Below are positions 10,339 through 20,365 of a stretch of DNA of 64,000 nucleotides, in pieces. This stretch comes from a virus. Numbering within the stretch: position 1 is the first letter of the stretch; every line of letters starts with the position of its first letter. The translations under genes and the position numbers were made by a program. A model generated the notes under the pieces. It did no database searches. It was not told where the DNA came from and saw nothing but the letters and a program-made list of their open reading frames with translations. The DNA lies in IMG/VR virus record IMGVR_UViG_3300024261_000015, positions 18,711 to 82,710 of that record. The stretch is one strand, 5' to 3'.

Positions 10339-10486
10339 TATAATAGTAGCGGGTATCGGCTTTATAGCCTTTATTTTAGGATTCGCCCTCCCAGCCCTAC
10401 AGTTTCACGTTATTATGCGAGTGCCCACTAGCAGTACTGCTAGGAAATCCCTTGACAAGGATTCTTACTTGAGGGGTGGGGAGTGA
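10325..10486 (+). CDS. small membrane protein (53 aa, not in ORF track)
   Basis: METVSNIVAGIGFIAFILGFALPAL...; overlaps the stop and start of both neighbours. Confidence 0.5.
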   Translation: METVSIIVAGIGFIAFILGFALPALQFHVIMRVPTSSTARKSLDKDSYLRGGE

Positions 10487-11097
10487 CCTCTCCTAGATTT
10501 AGTATTATTATGCCCCATTACCAGGGAAGTATCGACCATGATACTTTTTTGCGGGGGGTTAATAGCATTCTAAATCAAACGTGTAAAGACTTCGAGATAA
10601 TTTGTATTCATGACGGTCCTCTCCTTACAAAAGAAGAGTTTCCAGTCGAAGTTATCTGCACTAAGAAGCGTTATAATGATTGGGGTCATTCCCTTCGTGA
10701 CTGGGGAATAAAGAAGGCTAAAGGCGAATACATTATTCATTTTAACCCAGACAACGTTCTGTATCCCGATTGCCTGGAAGTTCTCTCTACTTACTCGGAT
10801 GATGTCCTCGTCTTTGCTGTAAAAATGATGGGGATGATAGCATACGTTGATGAACAAGGGCAGGAGTGGAAAGCGTACCCCCATGAAAGGGATTATAGTA
10901 TCTATACGGTCATAACAGGGAACCCTGTTAGGTTTAACAATATCGACTGCATGCAATTAGTAGCAAAGAGATGGGTGTGGCACGGTATAGGAGGATGGAA
11001 AGATAAACGCGAGGTATCGGATTTCATTCTTTACGAAGAGATAGGGTTGAAACACCCTCCTAAATTTATTTCTGAGGTTTTAGGAGAACACTATTAA
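10483..11097 (+). CDS. glycosyltransferase family 2
   Basis: FSIIMPHY; SILNQT..DFEIICIHDG; AKGEYIIHFNPDN. Confidence 0.88.
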   Translation: MTSPRFSIIMPHYQGSIDHDTFLRGVNSILNQTCKDFEIICIHDGPLLTKEEFPVEVICTKKRYNDWGHSLRDWGIKKAKGEYIIHFNPDNVLYPDCLEVLSTYSDDVLVFAVKMMGMIAYVDEQGQEWKAYPHERDYSIYTVITGNPVRFNNIDCMQLVAKRWVWHGIGGWKDKREVSDFILYEEIGLKHPPKFISEVLGEHY

Positions 11098-11120
11098 ATA
11101 TACAACAACTATAACATTAT

Positions 11121-12656
11121 ATGAGCTTTTTAGACGATAACCCGAGTAAACGGCGTGTATGTGCCGTTATGTGTACATACGGACGATTTGAAATCGTAAA
11201 ACAATCCTTAACAATGTTTTTGGCGCAAGACTATCCTAATAAACAACTTGTTATATTTAACACAGCAACTACACCTTTAATTCTCGATGAGTTCTTAATG
11301 TCCCACCCCGACATTAAGGTTGTAAATCAGACTCATAAATCTGATGGGACTCCTTACAAGAGTTTAGGGTGTGTTCGAAATGCATCGCTTGAACATGCCG
11401 AGGGGGATATTTATATCTGTTGGGATGATGATGATTTGTTTATGCCCTGGCATATTACTCAAGCCATGTCTCACTGGAGTAAAGCTCCTGTAGTAGCGTG
11501 GAAGCCTGACGTATCCTATTGGAGTCAGGATGGAGGTAAAAGCTTTCTTGGGCTTATGGGCAATTCCATGGAGGCTTCTTTCGTAGTAGGAATGAAGCAT
11601 ATGAAACAGTATGGGTTTTCTACGGGACGTTCTGGAGCAGAACATGTTGATGGGGGTTGGTTAGATAAGACTGATGCTTTGATAGAAAATGTAAGCCCCT
11701 TTGAAAGTTATGGGTATATTTGGGGAGATAAACGCGCAGGTCACAAAACAAGCGGTCATATTGGTGACGGTAATAATTTCGAAAACCATAAGAACGCCAG
11801 CGATGATTTTGGGAATGAACCTTTAAGCATTTGCTCCGTGCATATGTTCGACAAGTTTTTCAAAAGCGCTATAGCTATGTGGGAGAACCCCACCCTTTAT
11901 GAGGGCATTAATACTCAGGTTACGGTATCGCAAGTAGAAGAGTTAAAAGGTTTAATGAGGGATTACTACCTTAGACATGCAGTTGAATTACCTGAGTTTT
12001 TGCGTGACGTACAGCCCCAGAAGGTTGAAGATACTATTACGTGCCCTAACTGTAACCATAAGTTTGAGGCCAGTGCCACCTCCTTACCTGTAAGCGAAAA
12101 GCCTGCTACGGGAAGGAACAACTCTTTTTTAAAAGTACTTACCGTACTGGAACAGTCATACAATCGCCCTATAACAATCGTAGAGGCGGGTTGTATTCGG
12201 AAGCCAAATGAAGAAGGTAGAATAGGAGATGGGTGGAGTACTGTGAATTGGGATTGGTATGCTAGGCGTACAGACTCTAAAGTTCACGTTGTGGATATCA
12301 ACAAAGACCACATCGCTCACGGCAAGTCTATCGTCCCAGAAAGTGAGTTTATTACTTACTATCTTGATGATTCTGTGAATTTCTTGAAGAAGTTCGAGGG
12401 GCGGATTGATTTGTTATTTTTAGACAGTTTTGATTACTGCGGGGATGAGGAAAATCAAAGAGCGTGTCATTACCATTCACTGAATGAGGTTATAGCTGCC
12501 TGGGACAAGTTAAGTGCTACTTGTTTTGTTTTGATAGACGATGTCTTTAATGGTGAGTGGGATGGAAAAGGAAAGTTGTCTATACCGTATCTTTTAGATA
12601 ATGGATTTGAGCTTATGTATCATGTAGATAATCAAGTGTTATTGCGTAAAGGGTAA
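11121..12656 (+). CDS. GT2 glycosyltransferase fused via a CxxC linker to a class I SAM methyltransferase
   Basis: MCTYGR..QDYPNK..WDDDD in the N-terminus; IVEAG, VVDIN, DSVNFL, IDLLFLDS, VLIDD in the C-terminus. Confidence 0.8.
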   Translation: MSFLDDNPSKRRVCAVMCTYGRFEIVKQSLTMFLAQDYPNKQLVIFNTATTPLILDEFLMSHPDIKVVNQTHKSDGTPYKSLGCVRNASLEHAEGDIYICWDDDDLFMPWHITQAMSHWSKAPVVAWKPDVSYWSQDGGKSFLGLMGNSMEASFVVGMKHMKQYGFSTGRSGAEHVDGGWLDKTDALIENVSPFESYGYIWGDKRAGHKTSGHIGDGNNFENHKNASDDFGNEPLSICSVHMFDKFFKSAIAMWENPTLYEGINTQVTVSQVEELKGLMRDYYLRHAVELPEFLRDVQPQKVEDTITCPNCNHKFEASATSLPVSEKPATGRNNSFLKVLTVLEQSYNRPITIVEAGCIRKPNEEGRIGDGWSTVNWDWYARRTDSKVHVVDINKDHIAHGKSIVPESEFITYYLDDSVNFLKKFEGRIDLLFLDSFDYCGDEENQRACHYHSLNEVIAAWDKLSATCFVLIDDVFNGEWDGKGKLSIPYLLDNGFELMYHVDNQVLLRKG

Positions 12657-12657
12657 T

Positions 12658-13332
12658 ATGGAGAAGATAATACATCAAATTTGGGTGGGTCCACACCCAA
12701 TGCCTCAAAACGAAGCCGCTTGGTCTAATGCTATTCGTAACTCACACCCAAACTACGAGTATTACTTTTGGAGTGATAGTAATTTACCTGAGCTTCCTGA
12801 GGATTTGCAGGCTATGGTAGATGTTTTTACGGAATACAAGGAGTGGATTAGAATAGCGGACATGTTGAGGTATTATGTGGTGTGGAAGTACGGGGGGATA
12901 TACATTGATGTTGATTACAAGATAATTAACCCTATAGAGGATTTAAAATTAGAGAACTACAAAGGGTTCGTTCCGCTGCACTACGCTCCTGGAGAAACCA
13001 TATGTAATTCTATTTTTGGCTTTGAGAAAAATCACCCGATTATAGCTGATAGGGTTGATGAGATACTTGAAATGGCAAAGAACGTATCTCAATGGGATAA
13101 TCTAGGATGGTTGCCGTGGTTCGGAGTCCATTTTTTCGGGCAAGGTCTTAAACGTTTCATAGGCGAAGACCCAGATGAAGTGGATACTGTTATAGCTCCT
13201 ATTCTTGAAAGTGAGTGGGGTATTAAAACAATACACTCTAGGGAAGACCTAAAACTTAATTATCTAGCGCATCAATTTTCTTATAATTGGGGTTCTGGGT
13301 TGGACGGCAGAAAGGGGGGGGTACCCTCATAG
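12658..13332 (+). CDS. DXD glycosyltransferase (GT32/Och1-like)
   Basis: KIIHQIWVG; ADMLRY..VWKYGGIYIDVD. Confidence 0.88.
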   Translation: MEKIIHQIWVGPHPMPQNEAAWSNAIRNSHPNYEYYFWSDSNLPELPEDLQAMVDVFTEYKEWIRIADMLRYYVVWKYGGIYIDVDYKIINPIEDLKLENYKGFVPLHYAPGETICNSIFGFEKNHPIIADRVDEILEMAKNVSQWDNLGWLPWFGVHFFGQGLKRFIGEDPDEVDTVIAPILESEWGIKTIHSREDLKLNYLAHQFSYNWGSGLDGRKGGVPS

Positions 13333-13342
13333 CACGTCTAAA

Positions 13343-14050
13343 ATGATTACCGTAAGTTTACTCTGCTCTTTATATGCCTGGAAAGGCGATAAAGCTCGCG
13401 TCTTTAAAACATTAGAGTGGTATGACGCTTTATGTGAGGGGGCAGGTTATAACTTTAGGCTTCTTCTAGTAAACGATTGTTCGGACGAGAGTTTTGACGA
13501 TATTATTCCTTATATAACCACCCCCAAAGGATATTGCACCGAAGTTCAGTACTTTAAATCTGAGGTGCGGCTAGGCAAAGCTTTGCAGTTAAATCGTTTG
13601 TTAGTATCTTGTGATGATGATTACGTAGGTATAATTGATAATGATGTCATCTGCCCCTACGAATGGCTTACACAGTGCATAGTTATAGCTAATACAGAAA
13701 GTATAGCGGTATGTGGTGTCATGGTAGAGAACCTACCTTTACTTGAAAGTAGAACTCATAAGAGCGGGATTCTTTTTGATTTACCTCAACAGCTTGGGGG
13801 CGCATGCCTTTTATGGAAGAGTTCCAAGCTTGGAGTAGAGGAATACTTCTGGCAGAAGGCTGGTGTGTATGGACATGAGGACGCTGAGTTCGTAAGACGT
13901 ATTAGTAATAAGGTAGGAAGAGTTGCGTGCTTGGCGCAAAGAGGGTATTGTATTTCTCAAGTTGCTGATAGTCCCGAGTACCAAGCATGGAAGAATAAAT
14001 GTTTAAATAGTACCACTCTACTACTAAAAAATAGAATTGATAAACTATAA
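13343..14050 (+). CDS. GT2-like glycosyltransferase
   Basis: LLVNDCS; IIDND; YGHEDAEF. Confidence 0.75.
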   Translation: MITVSLLCSLYAWKGDKARVFKTLEWYDALCEGAGYNFRLLLVNDCSDESFDDIIPYITTPKGYCTEVQYFKSEVRLGKALQLNRLLVSCDDDYVGIIDNDVICPYEWLTQCIVIANTESIAVCGVMVENLPLLESRTHKSGILFDLPQQLGGACLLWKSSKLGVEEYFWQKAGVYGHEDAEFVRRISNKVGRVACLAQRGYCISQVADSPEYQAWKNKCLNSTTLLLKNRIDKL

Positions 14051-14056
14051 CATAGT

Positions 14057-15028
14057 ATGAGCTTTTTAACAGATATTTGCAAACGATTAGACGGAGCAGC
14101 ACTGCTTTCAGAAGAAGACCAAATACATGGTTTTATAGATTCGGGGTCATTACCCCTTAACAAAATTCTCTCTGGCAAGTACAGTGGTGGGTATCCCATC
14201 GGTGCTATTACAGAGATTTACGGTGAGAGTAGTACCGCTAAAACGGTATTTCTTACCCATGCGTTCGTTGGGGCTCAGAAGCAGGGTTATTACACCGTAA
14301 TGATTGACAACGAGCACGCCTACTCCCCTGCGTTCGCTAAGACGCTTGGGGTGGACCCTGAGAAGCTTATCTACCTCATGCCTGAAGCTATGGAGGATTG
14401 CTTTGAAGCGATTGAGAAGGCTATCCTGGCTATTAGAGAGACTGATAAGGATACCCCCATTGTCATTGGGTACGACTCTATTGGAGTCTCTCCTACCCGT
14501 AAGGAGATGGAAGATACGTTTGGAAAGAACAGCGAGATGGGGGGAGCCCTTAGAGCAAAGGTTGCGGGTCAATGCTTGAGGCGAATCAACCCTCTCCTCC
14601 GTAAGCATAAAGCTGCGCTGCTTATTATTAATCAAGTACGCAGTAAGGTTGGAGTTATGTTTGGAGACCCTCGCACTAAAGCAGGAGGCGGAAAAGCACT
14701 TCTATATTATTGCGGTGTGTCTATTGAAACCTGTTCTTCTAAGTCTAACGTTTTGTTTGATGAGCATAAGAATCCTTTAGGTATTATAGGTACTGTTAAA
14801 TGCGTTAAGAACAAAGTAACTGTACCTTACCAGAACTGTGAGTTTGAGCTTCTGTACAATAAAGGGCTTACTAATGATTATGGTATGACCGTGTCTGCTT
14901 TTAAGAGTGGCGCGGTAGAGTCCCCCTCTAAAGGGTGGTATGCTATGAAAGGTGAAACGGGAAAGCATAGAGCTAAGGACCTAGACGCCCTATTAGCCTC
15001 CAAAGTTTCAGCAGGAGATTTAGTATAA
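14057..15028 (+). CDS. recA: RecA/UvsX recombinase
   Basis: ITEIYGESSTAKT; DNEHA; YDSIG; INQVR; GGKAL; VKNKV. Confidence 0.95.
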   Translation: MSFLTDICKRLDGAALLSEEDQIHGFIDSGSLPLNKILSGKYSGGYPIGAITEIYGESSTAKTVFLTHAFVGAQKQGYYTVMIDNEHAYSPAFAKTLGVDPEKLIYLMPEAMEDCFEAIEKAILAIRETDKDTPIVIGYDSIGVSPTRKEMEDTFGKNSEMGGALRAKVAGQCLRRINPLLRKHKAALLIINQVRSKVGVMFGDPRTKAGGGKALLYYCGVSIETCSSKSNVLFDEHKNPLGIIGTVKCVKNKVTVPYQNCEFELLYNKGLTNDYGMTVSAFKSGAVESPSKGWYAMKGETGKHRAKDLDALLASKVSAGDLV

Positions 15029-15714
15029 TGCATTTTGATATTGTAGAAATAGGAACCGCTGATTTTGATTCAGAAACGCAGATAGAAAAGGGATTCTTTG
15101 TTGAAAAATTCGGAGAGGTAGAGAATAAACGTATTTTAAGCGTAGAACCCGTTAAACGTTATTTGGATAACTTGCCCGTTCTGCCTAATTCGTTTAAAGA
15201 ACACGCCGCAGTCTCCAATCGGGATGGAGAAATTGATATTTGGTTTGTTTCACCTGAGAACATTGTGAAGTATGGTTTCCCAGGCTGGACGTCGGGGTGT
15301 AACAGTGTAAATAATCCCCACCCTTTGACCTTTGGGGACTACCAAAAAATGAGCCAAGAGCAGAACCACCCTGCGTATATGCGTACTATAGCTGATATTT
15401 TTACAGTTGATACGGTTAAATGTATTACATTTAAGATGTTGGCAGAGAAGTATGATATAACGAGTATAAGTTTTTTAAAAGTTGATGCGGAAGGGCATGA
15501 CACGATAATACTAAACGACTACTTTCAGTACTGCCAAACTTCCCCACAATGTAAAGCTAATTGGATTGTATTCGAAGCTAATGAACTTACTAGCTCAGGT
15601 GTAGTCGATGAGTGCGTGAGGAAGGCAGAACAACTGGGATATATTTTAAGACAAAGGAATTACGATACAATACTACAACTAGACGCAACAGTTTCAGAGG
15701 GAGGTTTAGTGTAG
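15028..15714 (+). CDS. FkbM-family methyltransferase
   Basis: DIVEIGT; SVEPV; HAAVS; FLKVDAEGHD. Confidence 0.8.
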   Translation: MHFDIVEIGTADFDSETQIEKGFFVEKFGEVENKRILSVEPVKRYLDNLPVLPNSFKEHAAVSNRDGEIDIWFVSPENIVKYGFPGWTSGCNSVNNPHPLTFGDYQKMSQEQNHPAYMRTIADIFTVDTVKCITFKMLAEKYDITSISFLKVDAEGHDTIILNDYFQYCQTSPQCKANWIVFEANELTSSGVVDECVRKAEQLGYILRQRNYDTILQLDATVSEGGLV

Positions 15715-16325
15715 TGAGTAAAGTATTTTTAGACTGCGGTGCTCATGAATTTCAAGGTCTTAGGCAATTTATTGATATTTTAGGTATTGATGAGGATTGG
15801 AGAGTGCACAGCTTTGAAGCAAACCCTATTACTTCTGGAAGAGCCGCAGAACATATTGATAAGGCTTGGAAGTTTCATCATGTTTTTCATAATTGCGCTA
15901 TAGGTACACGAGACGGTAAAGTAACGTTTATGGGTGAGTACTGCAATTACCAAGAAGCGGGCGTTCCTGATTCTCAAGGCTCTAGAATATCCGATAATTG
16001 GCACCCTGGAATTTATAGTGAAACATCTAAGGGTGCGGGAGATGGAATCACTTCAAGGGAATTTAAGGTTGATATGATAGACTTCCCTAAGTTTATACGA
16101 GACACGTTTTCTAAGGATGACGAGATTTATATTAAGATGGATGTTGAAGGGTCTGAGTTTGATATTTTAGAGGAGCTTGTAAAAGACTTCCCACCTCAAA
16201 TTAAGGTTATGTACGTTGAATGGCATGAGAGATTTTTCCCTAACGCTCCCTATATGCATCATAGGCGTAAGTTATACACTAAGATTATAACGGAGTTAGG
16301 AGTAGAGCTTAAGGATTGGATTTAG
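15714..16325 (+). CDS. FkbM-family methyltransferase (GTG start)
   Basis: FLDCGAH; HSFEANP; IKMDVEGSEF; VEWH. Confidence 0.85.
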   Translation: MSKVFLDCGAHEFQGLRQFIDILGIDEDWRVHSFEANPITSGRAAEHIDKAWKFHHVFHNCAIGTRDGKVTFMGEYCNYQEAGVPDSQGSRISDNWHPGIYSETSKGAGDGITSREFKVDMIDFPKFIRDTFSKDDEIYIKMDVEGSEFDILEELVKDFPPQIKVMYVEWHERFFPNAPYMHHRRKLYTKIITELGVELKDWI

Positions 16326-16326
16326 A

Positions 16327-17010
16327 ATGACTGTCGGTGTGATATTTTTAAGTTTAGCGTCTACTCCTAAGCTGAGGCAGATGACGCAAAACGCCGTCAA
16401 TAGTTGTATAATTAGTGACCCAGACATAAACTTTAGAGTGCTTGTATGCGAAGGAGTTTCTGGTATTGAATACACAGGGGCTGCGGTAACCAACCCCCCT
16501 ACAGAAGAACCGTTTAACTACAATTGGTATATGAATATGTGTAGGTCTCATGCTATGTTTAAGGGGTGTGAGTACATAGCATTATGCAATAACGACTTAC
16601 TTTTTGAAAATGAGTGGGCTTCTATCTTGATAAAGACTATGAAAAAACAAGGTGTTTTAAGTGCATGCCCTAAGGAACCAACCATTCACAGAGATGTACC
16701 CTTTGTAAATGGCGTTTGTCCTGGTTATGGAGTTACGAGCGGATTTAGACCTATCGCAGGATGGTGTATATTCCAAAATATGCGTATCTACGATATCATC
16801 GGAGATATAGATGAGCGTGCTGAGTTTTGGCACGCGGATACAATGTATGGAGAACAATTGAAGGCGTTTGAGGTTAAGCACATTTTGGTTGAGGGGTCTG
16901 TCGTTCATCACTTAGAAAGGGGGAGCAATACTTTAGAAACACTTTCCAAAACTCAACAGGAAAAGCTGACAACTCACTCTCCTGTACATAGACAGATATA
17001 CTCACTGTAA
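16327..17010 (+). CDS. GT2-like glycosyltransferase
   Basis: FNYN; IALCNNDLLF; IGDIDE..FWHAD; VVHHL. Confidence 0.75.
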   Translation: MTVGVIFLSLASTPKLRQMTQNAVNSCIISDPDINFRVLVCEGVSGIEYTGAAVTNPPTEEPFNYNWYMNMCRSHAMFKGCEYIALCNNDLLFENEWASILIKTMKKQGVLSACPKEPTIHRDVPFVNGVCPGYGVTSGFRPIAGWCIFQNMRIYDIIGDIDERAEFWHADTMYGEQLKAFEVKHILVEGSVVHHLERGSNTLETLSKTQQEKLTTHSPVHRQIYSL

Positions 17011-17116
17011 TTTTGAACACAAACTCATTAAGCCTTAAATAGAGGGCTTAACTTAGCCAGGAACGACCCCAGGGCGACTATTATATACTGTGAGGCTCCA
17101 ATAAAGCTCACCTAAT

Positions 17117-17401
17117 ATGGAAGATATAGTTATTTTTGGTTTTAAGGCTATTGCCTGGACATTTGTTAGCTTAAGTCATGTCATAATTCCTCTCCTTATA
17201 GGGAGTGGGGTATTTTATGCTTATGCGTCTATCAAGGAGGTTATGTGGGCGTTTACATGGGAAACTAAACGGAAAGAGCGTGTAAAAGCATCCACCTCAA
17301 AACCTAAGAAGAGCCCTCCTAAGGAGACTCCCGCACCTTCAAGGGAAGTCGTCAGCAGCTACTCTGACGAATATAAACTACCTCCACTCCCTTTTAGGTA
17401 A
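17117..17401 (+). CDS. hypothetical membrane protein
   Basis: hydrophobic N-terminal half, basic/proline-rich tail. Confidence 0.55.
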   Translation: MEDIVIFGFKAIAWTFVSLSHVIIPLLIGSGVFYAYASIKEVMWAFTWETKRKERVKASTSKPKKSPPKETPAPSREVVSSYSDEYKLPPLPFR

Positions 17402-17427
17402 CTAAATAGAGTACAGGAACTAATCTT

Positions 17428-17847
17428 ATGGTAAACTTATTTCATTCATGGAATCTCAATCTTGATGAGAAGAAGAACTCAGGCTTCAAGCCTGAGGATA
17501 AAGAAGGCAAGAAAGCCGACTTCGACTCACGCAAGACACGTATTCCTTCATTCGCTACAATTGATGATGCGTTCAGCAAAGCTACGTATGGTCAAATTTT
17601 CACTACGCCCAAGTCCAGTAACATTTATGTGATTACTCATGGTACTTGGGGCGAGAAATCCAATGATAAGGTCGTTAAGAGCTTTCCCGCTGGAACTCCC
17701 TATGCAGAGATTAAAGGGTATAGTGAGCGTACAAAAGCAAAGCACGGCGGTAAAACTGTTAAGGCAGGTGAAAAAGGCCGTGAAGAAGCTGGTTTTGCTA
17801 CTAAAGACAAGAAAGACTCCGTTAAAAACATGAAGTCGGTTAATTAA
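17428..17847 (+). CDS. hypothetical Lys-rich protein
   Basis: ORF follows a CTAAATA motif and ACAGGA RBS. Confidence 0.6.
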   Translation: MVNLFHSWNLNLDEKKNSGFKPEDKEGKKADFDSRKTRIPSFATIDDAFSKATYGQIFTTPKSSNIYVITHGTWGEKSNDKVVKSFPAGTPYAEIKGYSERTKAKHGGKTVKAGEKGREEAGFATKDKKDSVKNMKSVN

Positions 17848-17848
17848 T

Positions 17849-18190
17849 ATGGCTCGTACGTATATCCCTAAGGGTAGGTTCTTTGAGCCTAATAGAATTC
17901 ATAAGATTGCGAAAGATGTTCTTCGTGATTGTGGTGAGGACCGTAATAGGGCGTTAGAGACATTTACTTACTTTAAAAACCTAGTCGATTCTAGCCCTGA
18001 TGATGATAAGGCTAAAACCGAAATGATTCACGCCTTGGGTTTGTCCCAAGACGCTAATGATAAGATTGTAAAGATTCTAGACATGATGATTAAAATGACT
18101 CAATCCGAACAAAAGATTGATTCTGATAAAAACGTCACCGTTGAAAGTCTCTCCTTCGAAGACCTTAAAAAATCCCGTAAGAATGCCTAA
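17849..18190 (+). CDS. hypothetical helical protein
   Basis: tightly coupled ORF; no recognised motif. Confidence 0.55.
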   Translation: MARTYIPKGRFFEPNRIHKIAKDVLRDCGEDRNRALETFTYFKNLVDSSPDDDKAKTEMIHALGLSQDANDKIVKILDMMIKMTQSEQKIDSDKNVTVESLSFEDLKKSRKNA

Positions 18191-19439
18191 AAAAGACCAG
18201 GACAGTTATGTTGTATACAACCCCCACATTGATGAGTTCGTGCGTGTTAAAAAATTCACGGACGTAGAATTAGGGACAATTGTTGTAGCAATAGGAAAAT
18301 TGATTGACCAGCCAGGGGTTAAGATTGGAGCGTATGTACGCAATGTCGTTACTAGTACTGTTGAGGGGCACACTAGGTTTGACCTGTCGGAAGTAGCCGA
18401 GTCTCTATTTGAGTGTGTTATAGAAGTCTATCCTATATTTCAGATAGATTTCGTATGTAAGACTTTAAATGAAATTGGTGAGCTTGACGCTCAACTGCCG
18501 AAAGGGAGGCTTCTTACGTTATCTGAAATAAACAAGTTAACTGCACGTATCAAGGATAAGCTTATTGGGCAACCAGAAGCTGTCGATGAGTGCATGAAAT
18601 CCATTAAACTGCTTAGCTCTGGACTCGGTGAGTTCGTATCTTTGTTCTTTATCGGACCTACAGGTGTAGGTAAGACAGAACTAGCTCGTTTGTTAGCCAA
18701 GGAATACTTAGGGGACCCGAAAAAACTATTAAAGATTAATTGTGGGGAGTACTCCACAGGGCATGAATATGCCAAACTAATCGGTAGTCCTCCTGGATAT
18801 ATTGGTCATAACGAAAAGGGTATTTTATCTGAAAAAGCCGAGCAGTCTTCCGAATGGATTATTTTGTTTGATGAAATCGAGAAGGCTCACCCAAAATTGT
18901 TGAATCTTCTCCTAGGATTTCTAGATGATGGTAAGTTGATGGATAGCCAGGGCACTGAGCTTGATTTTACGGACTCTATCGTCTGTTTTACAAGCAATGT
19001 AGGTATTAAAGGCAACGTGGGTAAGAATTTGCTAGGGTTTGGGGAAGATATTAGAGGTTATGAAGCTTCTAAGAGTATAATTGAGAGTGAGTTCAAGGAA
19101 ACCTTTAGCCCTGAGTTCATAAATCGCTTGGATGGCATAGTGTACTTCAATCAGCTTACAAAAGATGATGCCACTACGATAGCCAGAATCAATCTAAAAC
19201 CTCTACCTGTAAGAACAACAAAGAAACTGGTGGATTATGTCGTTGATAACTCCTTTTCTCTTGAATATGGTGCTAGAAACATCAAAAGATTTATCAGGAA
19301 TCATGTAACTATTAAAATTGCTGAGAAGATTCTCGAAGACGGTAAAACTTTGTCCTATAAGCCCGTATTTGACGATAAAAAATTAATCTCTGTAGAAGAA
19401 ATTTCCAAGCCTAAGGCGTTAAAAAATTCTGATAATTAG
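18183..19439 (+). CDS. ClpA/ClpB-like AAA+ ATPase with only the second nucleotide-binding domain
   Basis: LIGQPEAV; GPTGVGKTELA; LIGSPPGYIG; LFDEIEKAHP; FSPEFINRLD; YGARNIKR. Confidence 0.9.
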   Translation: MPKKDQDSYVVYNPHIDEFVRVKKFTDVELGTIVVAIGKLIDQPGVKIGAYVRNVVTSTVEGHTRFDLSEVAESLFECVIEVYPIFQIDFVCKTLNEIGELDAQLPKGRLLTLSEINKLTARIKDKLIGQPEAVDECMKSIKLLSSGLGEFVSLFFIGPTGVGKTELARLLAKEYLGDPKKLLKINCGEYSTGHEYAKLIGSPPGYIGHNEKGILSEKAEQSSEWIILFDEIEKAHPKLLNLLLGFLDDGKLMDSQGTELDFTDSIVCFTSNVGIKGNVGKNLLGFGEDIRGYEASKSIIESEFKETFSPEFINRLDGIVYFNQLTKDDATTIARINLKPLPVRTTKKLVDYVVDNSFSLEYGARNIKRFIRNHVTIKIAEKILEDGKTLSYKPVFDDKKLISVEEISKPKALKNSDN

Positions 19440-19519
19440 TGTCCTTTTGGTGCCCGAGGGACTATAACATAGTGTGGGCAAGCCGATGCCCTTCAACTTA
19501 ACCAAGAGGTAAAAACACT

Positions 19520-19792
19520 ATGAAACGAATTTCTTTTAAATATGATAACGCTAAGAACGACAGTACTCCTGAAGTTCTGGTTACTACGCAAAACCAGCAC
19601 ATGGTTCGCGGATTTAACACCAACTATATGACCAAGGGCCAAGCGACCCGAATTCAGAATGAGTGGCGTAAGATTCAGAACCAACGCTGGAGCACTGCTA
19701 CTAAGGAGCGAGTCCTTATGAATCGAGTAGGTTCCCCTGCAAAAAACTCTTTCCGTATGTATCGTACGGAAGGGATTGCTTACACGGACTGA
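19520..19792 (+). CDS. hypothetical basic protein with its own promoter and terminator
   Basis: AAGAGG RBS; upstream ACTATAAC; downstream hairpin. Confidence 0.65.
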   Translation: MKRISFKYDNAKNDSTPEVLVTTQNQHMVRGFNTNYMTKGQATRIQNEWRKIQNQRWSTATKERVLMNRVGSPAKNSFRMYRTEGIAYTD

Positions 19793-19819
19793 TGTAAGCA
19801 AAAGTTTGTTATTCTCCTT

Positions 19820-19850
19820 AAAGAGGGCTTCGAAAGAAGTCCTCTTTTTT
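19820..19850 (+). terminator. intrinsic terminator
   Basis: AAAGAGGGCTTC-GAAA-GAAGTCCTCTTTTTT. Confidence 0.85.
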
Positions 19851-19891
19851 ATTGTATAAGATGCAGGAGATGGGGACCTATATAAAGTACT

Positions 19892-20365
19892 ATGCCTATA
19901 ATGAATGGAATGATGATGCAGGGACCTTCAATGCCCCGCAGACCTGGAGAGGTTATTGCGAACACTTTTTGGGGTTCTGTTAGCGACGCTGTCTCAGTTA
20001 CAGCGGATTTTGCTGGAATGGACACGGGCGCTGACCACCTTCAGCTTGCGGCGGGGGTAGTTCCAGGCACTACGGATAGAATGTTACTTCCTGGAAGACC
20101 AAATCATAAAATTGTAGTTAATGAAGTTTCTGTTAGTCAGGCAGGAGGTACCCCTGGATACGTAGGAACCCTTGCACAAGAAGGAGAAACTTCTGATATC
20201 CTTCAATTTGTCGCAGGGCAGTACGGTCAAGCGCGGTTTGAGGCTATCTTTGAGTTAGAAGTGAATAAAGGTCTTATGTTGTATAGAGCGCAAGGTATTG
20301 CGGGTACAGTAAACGATGATGTTAACGTGGTCACCGTTTTTTATAGTTACGTTGAAAGCGAATGA
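19892..20365 (+). CDS. hypothetical, possibly virion protein; paralog of next ORF
   Basis: shares F.G.D...DHLQ..A, IV...V.V and GTLA.E...SD with 20362..20856. Confidence 0.6.
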   Translation: MPIMNGMMMQGPSMPRRPGEVIANTFWGSVSDAVSVTADFAGMDTGADHLQLAAGVVPGTTDRMLLPGRPNHKIVVNEVSVSQAGGTPGYVGTLAQEGETSDILQFVAGQYGQARFEAIFELEVNKGLMLYRAQGIAGTVNDDVNVVTVFYSYVESE

